Source: Eubacteriales bacterium (GTDB lineage Bacteria; Bacillota; Clostridia; Oscillospirales; CAG-382). Taken from it: a stretch of 64,000 nt of DNA. Position numbers and translations under genes: made by a program. The notes under the pieces are model-generated. The model had not been told where the DNA came from. It worked only from the letters and a program-made list of their open reading frames with translations, and did no database searches. This document shows positions 58,229-64,000 of this stretch, one piece after another (the first letter of the stretch is position 1; every line of letters begins with the position of its first letter). The DNA lies in contig JAZUOO010000012.1 in NCBI GenBank assembly GCA_045604705.1, positions 11,429-75,428 on the forward strand. The letters run 5' to 3'.

Positions 58229-59344
58229 ATGGCAAGTCTTTCACTTAAGCACATCTACAAAAGATATCCCGGCGGCGTAACAGCTGTATCCGATTTCTGT
58301 CTTGAGATCAAGGATAAGGAATTCATTATTTTCGTTGGTCCTTCCGGATGCGGTAAAACAACAACACTTCGTATGATTTCCGGTCTTGAAGAAATCACAG
58401 AGGGCGAGCTTTACATCGGCGACAGATTGGTTAACGACGTAGCACCTAAGGACAGAGATATTGCGATGGTGTTCCAGAATTATGCTCTTTATCCTCATAT
58501 GACAGTATTTGAAAATATGGCATTTGGTCTTAAGCTCAGAAAGACTCCCAAGGAAGAAATAAAGAGAAGAGTTGAAGAAGCTGCAAGAATCCTTGACATC
58601 GCACATCTTCTCGACAGAAGACCTAAAGCACTTTCCGGTGGTCAGAGACAGAGAGTTGCTCTTGGTCGTGCTATCGTTCGTGAACCTAAGGTATTCCTTC
58701 TCGATGAACCGCTTTCTAACCTCGATGCTAAGCTCAGAGCAGCCATGAGAACTGAGATTACAAAGCTCCACAAGAGACTCGGTACAACATTTATCTACGT
58801 TACACATGACCAGATAGAAGCTATGACAATGGCTACAAGAATCGTTGTTATGAAGGACGGTCTTATTCAGCAGGTTGATACTCCACAGCAGCTTTATGAT
58901 TGCCCCTGCAATATGTTCGTAGCAGGCTTCATCGGAACACCTCAGATGAATTTCCTCAATGCTACACTTTCCAAGAAGGGTGACAACGTTTACGCTACCA
59001 TTGGTACAAACGAATTCAAACTTCCCGCTGAAAAGGCTGAGAATGAAGCACTTCAGGAGTATATTGGAAAAGAAGTTATCGTAGGTATCAGACCCGAATG
59101 TGTACGTGACGATGAAGCAGGTATCCAGCTCTACGGTCAGGAATGGGGTTGCACAGCACAGGTTGACGTTAAAGAAGATATGGGTGCTGAAACATATCTT
59201 TACCTCACATTGGATGAAGCTCCCGTAATCGGAAGAATCTCCGGCAGATCCGCTGCAATTTCCGGCGAAAGCCACAAGATTGCATTCAACATGAACCTTG
59301 CTCATATCTTTGACAAGGATACAGAAAAGTGCATTTGCCACTAA
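58229..59344 (+). CDS. sugar-type ABC transporter ATP-binding protein (MalK/UgpC/MsmX family)
   Basis: [34 protein letters not shown], plus a C-terminal TOBE-like domain. ATG 58229 lies 9 nt after AGGAGG. Confidence 0.9.
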   Translation: MASLSLKHIYKRYPGGVTAVSDFCLEIKDKEFIIFVGPSGCGKTTTLRMISGLEEITEGELYIGDRLVNDVAPKDRDIAMVFQNYALYPHMTVFENMAFGLKLRKTPKEEIKRRVEEAARILDIAHLLDRRPKALSGGQRQRVALGRAIVREPKVFLLDEPLSNLDAKLRAAMRTEITKLHKRLGTTFIYVTHDQIEAMTMATRIVVMKDGLIQQVDTPQQLYDCPCNMFVAGFIGTPQMNFLNATLSKKGDNVYATIGTNEFKLPAEKAENEALQEYIGKEVIVGIRPECVRDDEAGIQLYGQEWGCTAQVDVKEDMGAETYLYLTLDEAPVIGRISGRSAAISGESHKIAFNMNLAHIFDKDTEKCICH

Positions 59345-59434
59345 TTTGATTACTTATTGGAGTTAAATACACTCCTTATTGCACTCCGTTTACTGCCTTT
59401 CGGTGGTGGCGGGGTGTATTTTTGAAGGTATGAT

Positions 59435-59896
59435 ATGATAAGTGTAAGAAAAATTGCAGTTTCGGAACTGATTATACTGACAAAGCTGATAAGATACAAC
59501 AATGTAAATGCGATGATAGCAGAAAATTCCGATTTGATTTTAACGGGAGAGGCAGATATTTTTTGCATATTCAAAGACGATGAGTCTATAGGTATGCTTC
59601 ATGTAAGATATTTCAGCCGGGATGAGATGTTTGCTGTTAAAGGAGTTCGTGCATATCTGTTTTCTTTCCAAATACAAAAGGCTTTACGGGGAAAAGGCTA
59701 CGGAAAGCAGCTTATCAGAAAAGTTATTGATACCTTGAAATCCGAGGGGTACACCGAATTTACAATCGGAGCCCGTAATGATAACCTTAGAGCAAAGCAT
59801 ATTTATGAATCTTTGGGATTTACAAAGGTCATTACAATAAAAACCGAGAAGCATCGAGACAGAGAATTTTTTTATAATTTGTATTTAAAATCATAA
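59435..59896 (+). CDS. GNAT family N-acetyltransferase
   Basis: QKALRGKGYGKQLIRKVI (acetyl-CoA binding Q/RxxGxG/A motif). 153 aa. Confidence 0.8.
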   Translation: MISVRKIAVSELIILTKLIRYNNVNAMIAENSDLILTGEADIFCIFKDDESIGMLHVRYFSRDEMFAVKGVRAYLFSFQIQKALRGKGYGKQLIRKVIDTLKSEGYTEFTIGARNDNLRAKHIYESLGFTKVITIKTEKHRDREFFYNLYLKS

Positions 59897-59972
59897 ATGC
59901 CTTCGCTGCTACTGCAGATAGTTGGTTAATTTACCAAAACATGAAAAAAATTAAAAAAATTGAAATTTGGTC

Positions 59973-60001
59973 TTGACAAAATGGAAGAAATGTGATATTA
60001 T
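59973..60001 (+). promoter_or_regulatory. sigma-A promoter for the tRNA pair
   Basis: TTGACA, 17 nt, TATTAT, about 25 nt before the first tRNA. Confidence 0.65.
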
Positions 60002-60026
60002 ATAAATGTTCTGTTGAGGGCAAAAT

Positions 60027-60102
60027 GGGAGCTTAGCTCAGCTGGGAGAGCATCTGCCTTACAAGCAGGAGGTCATAGGTTCGATCCCTATAGCTCCCAC
60101 CA
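60027..60102 (+). tRNA. tRNA-Val (anticodon UAC), CCA encoded
   Basis: GGGAGCT acceptor stem, GCTC/GAGC D-stem, anticodon loop CTTACAA, GGTTCGATCC T-arm, AGCTCCC-A-CCA. 76 nt. Confidence 0.92.
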
Positions 60103-60125
60103 AGATTCCGGATACAGAACAATAC

Positions 60126-60201
60126 GGGAGCTTAGCTCAGCTGGGAGAGCATCTGCCTTACAAGCAGGAGGTCATAGGTTCGATCCCTATAGCTCCCACC
60201 A
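60126..60201 (+). tRNA. tRNA-Val (anticodon UAC), second identical copy
   Basis: Sequence identical to 60027-60102, after a 23-nt spacer. Confidence 0.92.
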
Positions 60202-60204
60202 AAG

Positions 60205-60237
60205 TCCGGATGCAGTAGCGTTCGGATTTATTTTTTT
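60205..60237 (+). terminator. intrinsic terminator after the tRNA pair
   Basis: TCCGGA-loop-TTCGGA followed by TTTATTTTTTT. Confidence 0.6.
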
Positions 60238-60254
60238 AAAAAAGGAGAATGTAT

Positions 60255-60746
60255 ATGAAGAAGATTGTTGTATTAATAATGATTAATTTGCTTATGTTTT
60301 CAGTGGTTTCATGTGGCGAAAAAAGCAAATCCGAAATTGAAAACAATACAGAAGTTGCAGAGGATATATCCTGTAAACTAATTATAAGTTGTAATGAAAT
60401 CATTGAATATATGGATGATGAAGCCTACGGTATAAAAGAAGAAAAAAAGGAAATCGTTCCACATGACGGTATAATTCTTGAAATTGATACCAAGTGTGAC
60501 GTGGATAGCACAGCTTACGACATCGTTGTTTCTGAACTCAAAAAAAATAAGATTCACTTTGACGGTTCTGATGGCTATCTTAAAGCAATTGCTAACCTAT
60601 ATGTAGGTGATTGTGGAGAATTCTCAGGTTGGATGTTCTTTATAAACGGAAACCTCGCCGAAAACGGTGCATCCGATACTATTATAAATGAAAATGATAT
60701 TATAGAGTTTAAGTATATTGTAGATTACAATACACTTTTTGAATAA
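60255..60746 (+). CDS. DUF4430 domain lipoprotein
   Basis: Lipobox MFSVVSCG. C-terminal GWMFFINGNLAENGASDTIINENDIIEFKY, typical of DUF4430. ATG 60255 lies 8 nt after AAGGAG. Confidence 0.7.
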   Translation: MKKIVVLIMINLLMFSVVSCGEKSKSEIENNTEVAEDISCKLIISCNEIIEYMDDEAYGIKEEKKEIVPHDGIILEIDTKCDVDSTAYDIVVSELKKNKIHFDGSDGYLKAIANLYVGDCGEFSGWMFFINGNLAENGASDTIINENDIIEFKYIVDYNTLFE

Positions 60747-60797
60747 AAAAGATACAGGTCGGAGCTCTTGTGTGGTTCCGACCTGTTATATTATTTT
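60745..60797. terminator. bidirectional intrinsic terminator between convergent genes
   Basis: ACAGGTCGGA-loop-TCCGACCTGT flanked by an A-run upstream and a T-rich run downstream. Confidence 0.7.
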
Positions 60798-62035
60798 TCA
60801 CTTTTTATTCTCTCCCAATAAGCCTTTGCAGCCTGCTCAGTTCTATTTTCACCGTATTCATAGTAAACTTTGTTTTTAATCTCGTCCGGCAGATACTGCT
60901 GCTTGACATAGTGATTCGGGAAAACATGAGGATACTTGTAATCGGCATTCTTGTTCGCTGATGGCTGGGTGGAGTCACGTAGATAATCCGGTACTCTCAC
61001 GCCCAAACCATTTCTTACATCTGCTGCAGCTCTTGCATATGCATCATGCCCCGAATTAGACTTTGGTGCCGTTGCAAGAAGTATTACAGCATCAGACAGC
61101 GGAAGTGTAGCCTCCGGAAGACCAACCTGTAATGCAATGTCGACACAAGCCTTAACTATCGGGATAGCCTGCGGGTAAGCAAGACCAATGTCCTCACAAG
61201 CCATGACCATTATTCGTCTGCAAGGAGAGAGAAGATCGCCGCCTTCAAGAAGTCTTGCCAGATAAAAAAGAGCCGCATTCTCATCCGAACCTCTGACGGA
61301 CTTCTGAAGCGCAGAAAGCAGATCATAATGTTCATTACCATCCTTGTCCATCTTCAGACCAAAGTCGGAAATAGCAGAGCTTACGGCATCCAATGTCATA
61401 TCTCCGTTTGTACCTAAAAAACAAAGCTCAAGTGTGCCCACAGCACGTCTTACGTCTCCCGAACATCTTGTTGCAATGGCAGATATAACACATCCGAGCT
61501 GCGAACATTCCTCGGTCTTATATTCTTCTCTTAGTATATCGTAGCCCCTGTACAGAGCCTTTTTAATTTCCGAAGAATCAACCGACTTAAATTCAAAAAC
61601 GCTGGAACGGGAAAGCACCGCTGCATATATTGCATGATAAGGATTTTCGGTAGTTGCACCGATAAGCGTAATTCTGCCATCCTCCATATATTCAAGAAGT
61701 GACTGTTGCTGTTTCTTGTTAAAATACTGGATCTCGTCAAGGTACAAAAGAATTCCGCTTTCACCGAACACAGACCCCGTTTCTTCGCATACCGCTTTAA
61801 CATCTGACAAAGAACAGGTTGTAGCATTCAACTTGCGGATAGTCTTGTTGCTGTTCTTGGCGATGATTTCCGCGACCGTAGTTTTACCTGTCCCGGGAGG
61901 ACCGTAGAATATCATATTAGGAATATTACCGCTTTCGATGATATTTCTGAAAAGACTTCCTTTTGATATAAGATGCTTTTGTCCAACGACCTCGTCAAAA
62001 CTCTGAGGTCTTATTTTTTCGGCAAGAGATGGCAT
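60791..62035 (-). CDS. rarA: replication-associated recombination protein A (RarA/MgsA AAA+ ATPase)
   Basis: RPQSFDEVVGQKHL, GPPGTGKTT, LYLDEIQYFNKKQQ, SVRGSD, MgsA C-terminal domain. Confidence 0.95.
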   Translation of the reverse strand: MPSLAEKIRPQSFDEVVGQKHLISKGSLFRNIIESGNIPNMIFYGPPGTGKTTVAEIIAKNSNKTIRKLNATTCSLSDVKAVCEETGSVFGESGILLYLDEIQYFNKKQQQSLLEYMEDGRITLIGATTENPYHAIYAAVLSRSSVFEFKSVDSSEIKKALYRGYDILREEYKTEECSQLGCVISAIATRCSGDVRRAVGTLELCFLGTNGDMTLDAVSSAISDFGLKMDKDGNEHYDLLSALQKSVRGSDENAALFYLARLLEGGDLLSPCRRIMVMACEDIGLAYPQAIPIVKACVDIALQVGLPEATLPLSDAVILLATAPKSNSGHDAYARAAADVRNGLGVRVPDYLRDSTQPSANKNADYKYPHVFPNHYVKQQYLPDEIKNKVYYEYGENRTEQAAKAYWERIKSEK

Positions 62036-62114
62036 TTTCTAATCCTTTACTTCTTTTTTAAATATGGAGATTCTGCATAGTTTCGGCAAAATCTCCAATG
62101 TGAGTGTAGTTTTA

Positions 62115-62735
62115 TCAGAAAGCTCTTCTTTCAAGCTCTGCACAAAGGTAGTGATAAATGGGAAGATGAAGCTCCTGAACGAGATATGCTTCAGAAGCGG
62201 GAGCGTGGATCGTAATATCCGCAATCTTTGAACATTCGGTATTTACCTTGTTACCGGTGAATGCGACAGTTGTCATACCCATAGCCTTTGCAACCTTGAG
62301 GGCGTTAACTATGTTCGCACAGTTGCCGGAAGTGGAAAGGGCGATAAGCATATCCTTGGAAGAACCGAGTGCATATGTAAGCTGAGCAAATGCCATGACG
62401 GGGTCAACGTCGTTAGCAAAGGCTGTCGATACACTAAGGGACGTAAGCGGTATACAGGGAACAGCCCGCTGAAGCTTATTAGCCATTGTTGTTGCTTCAT
62501 CGTAGTCCATTACCTCATAGAGTTTGTTTCTGTCGTCGTATTGAAGTGGTCTCTGCGATAGAAATCCCTTGAGAAGCTCGCTGGAGATGTGTTCACAGTC
62601 AGCGGCACTTCCTCCGTTTCCGCAGAGAAGAATCTTACCGCCTGCATTGTAACAAGCTTCCATTGCGTCAGCTGCCTTGAGAATATCCTCTTTACAGAGG
62701 CTAAGCTGGGGATACCTGATAAGAAGTTCTGTCAT
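62115..62735 (-). CDS. SIS domain protein (GmhA/DiaA-like sedoheptulose-7-phosphate isomerase family)
   Basis: LLCGNGGSAADCEHISSEL, ALSTSGNCANI. Confidence 0.8.
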   Translation of the reverse strand: MTELLIRYPQLSLCKEDILKAADAMEACYNAGGKILLCGNGGSAADCEHISSELLKGFLSQRPLQYDDRNKLYEVMDYDEATTMANKLQRAVPCIPLTSLSVSTAFANDVDPVMAFAQLTYALGSSKDMLIALSTSGNCANIVNALKVAKAMGMTTVAFTGNKVNTECSKIADITIHAPASEAYLVQELHLPIYHYLCAELERRAF

Positions 62736-62753
62736 TTCGATTTCCTTTCTTCT

Positions 62754-62999
62754 TCATTGATTGTTGTTTTCTGTGTACTTGTTGAGCGCTACCGCAAGAG
62801 CAGCGTAATCTCTGATTTTGTCGCCAAACTCGGCGGAAATAATTTTAAATATCGATGATGTAAGCAATAATGAGTCTTCTTTGACGTCCTGCTTAGCAAT
62901 ATCCATGAAAAGCTTTTCACTTCTCATAAAAACGTTTGCTATAATAATTACTTCGTGATTAATTATATCAATAGTCTTTGATAAAGTCAGACCGAGCAT
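62754..62999 (-). CDS. hypothetical small protein
   Basis: 81-aa ORF between the ThuA-like and SIS genes on the same strand. No motif. Confidence 0.3.
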   Translation of the reverse strand: MLGLTLSKTIDIINHEVIIIANVFMRSEKLFMDIAKQDVKEDSLLLTSSIFKIISAEFGDKIRDYAALAVALNKYTENNNQ

Positions 63000-63053
63000 C
63001 TTTGCGAATCCTTTGTGCAGTTTCTCAACACGTTTGTCTGCAACATTCCGGAA

Positions 63054-63785
63054 TTACTTGTTTTCCGGATTTTCAAGACTTTCAAACTCGCCGTAGGTCT
63101 GTAATGTAGCCTTTTCGGGACAAGCCCAGTGTGCTGCATTTCTTATAACCTTAAGTACATATTCATTGTTGTAAGAGGGGCATGATTCATGACCGGGTCT
63201 GAAGTAGAAAATCTTACCGTTGCCGCGTCTGAATGTACATCCGCTTCTGAACACTTCACCTCCGGAGAACCAACTTATAAATACAAGCTCATCGGGAGCG
63301 GGAATATCAAAGTGCTCGCCGTACATTTCTTCCTGTTCAAGCTCGAAACACTGGGGAAGTCCGTCTGCAATGGGGTGTGAAGGATTTACAACCCAGAATC
63401 TTTCCTTATCGTTGGAACATCTCCACTTAAGGTCACAACCTGTACCCATAAGCTTCTTGAACACCTTTGAAAAATGCCCGGAGTGAAGAACGACAAGTCC
63501 CATACCCTTGAGAACCCTCTTGTGAACCTTGTCTACAATGTGATCCGGAACTTCATTGTGCTTAACATGACCCCACCAGAACATAACATCGGTATTGTTG
63601 ATAACCTCATCTGTAAGTCCGCATTCTTCCATATCCTGGGTTGCGATTGTCACGTTAAAGCAAGGATCAACTTCAAGCCCTTTCTTTATTGCATTGTGCA
63701 TACCGTTGGGGTAGTGACAAACACAGTAATCGTTCTTATCGTGATAATTTTCGTTAAAAATTGTAACATTAATCATCTTTCCCAT
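63054..63785 (-). CDS. ThuA (trehalose utilisation-like) domain protein
   Basis: INVTIFNENYHD, VMFWWGHVKHNEV, VLHSGH, GKIFYFRPGHE. Confidence 0.8.
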   Translation of the reverse strand: MGKMINVTIFNENYHDKNDYCVCHYPNGMHNAIKKGLEVDPCFNVTIATQDMEECGLTDEVINNTDVMFWWGHVKHNEVPDHIVDKVHKRVLKGMGLVVLHSGHFSKVFKKLMGTGCDLKWRCSNDKERFWVVNPSHPIADGLPQCFELEQEEMYGEHFDIPAPDELVFISWFSGGEVFRSGCTFRRGNGKIFYFRPGHESCPSYNNEYVLKVIRNAAHWACPEKATLQTYGEFESLENPENK

Positions 63786-64000
63786 TTTTCGTACCTCGAA
63801 GGTTCATACAGACTAGCATCTTAATTCTACCATACATTTCCCGATATGTCAATAATAAAAAGTAAGGAAAGCATATATAAAATACAGATGTTATTTTGAG
63901 AAATACTGTTTTTTGGGATAATGAATCGCCAATTCTACTCAAAAGGAATGGAAAAAGAACCACGTGATTTACGTAACACTTCACTCAATTCTTAACTTGC

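Noticed and set aside
58241-59341. 366-aa ORF antisense to the sugar ABC ATPase gene
   Set aside because: The plus strand carries unambiguous Walker A, LSGGQ and Walker B motifs and a strong RBS. The antisense frame is Cys/Phe-rich, has no motif, and is a typical shadow ORF of an AT-rich gene.
60014-60286. 90-aa ORF spanning the region
   Set aside because: It is simply a translation through the two tRNA-Val genes; the peptide repeat ELSSAGRASALQAGGHRFDPYSSHQ appears twice.
1-64000. CRISPR arrays, rRNA genes, restriction-modification, toxin-antitoxin or other canonical defence systems
   Set aside because: No regularly spaced direct repeats, no rRNA-like sequence, and no Cas, methyltransferase-endonuclease or toxin-antitoxin motifs were seen in any frame. 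The only endonuclease-like gene is the DUF559 ORF.

Overview
AT-rich chromosomal segment of a spore-forming Firmicute. It is probably a Clostridia / Ruminococcus-like organism, inferred from sigK, cotJABC, a cwlD-like gene, SLH- and dockerin-bearing surface proteins and Gram-positive RBS usage. About 60 protein genes, two identical tandem tRNA-Val(UAC) genes, one SAM-I riboswitch (metK), one IS200/IS605 element and a decayed phage-like fragment are supported. Most of the window is housekeeping: purC, proC, metK, radA, rarA, luxS, bcp. The standout is an eight-gene minus-strand operon (7003-15771). In it, bona fide [FeFe]-hydrogenase maturase genes hydE and hydF bracket a nitrogenase-like NifH/NifD/NifK-type trio and a siderophore/cobalamin-type ABC importer. 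The importer ATPase carries a fused TM1266/NikR-C-like domain, and a terminator-containing leader that matches no riboswitch class I recognise precedes the operon. No hydG or hydA lies in the window. Smaller observations: a DUF559 cassette flanked by 27-bp direct repeats; an ACT-ACT-MBL fusion with a variant metal motif; a 1417-aa repeat-rich protein with a C-terminal dockerin; a membrane-protein gene split at an A6/T6 run; and a stand-alone acyl-AMP ligase plus ACP pair. All calls rest on reading the ORF translations and the sequence by eye. No database search was possible, so family names are motif-based recognitions.
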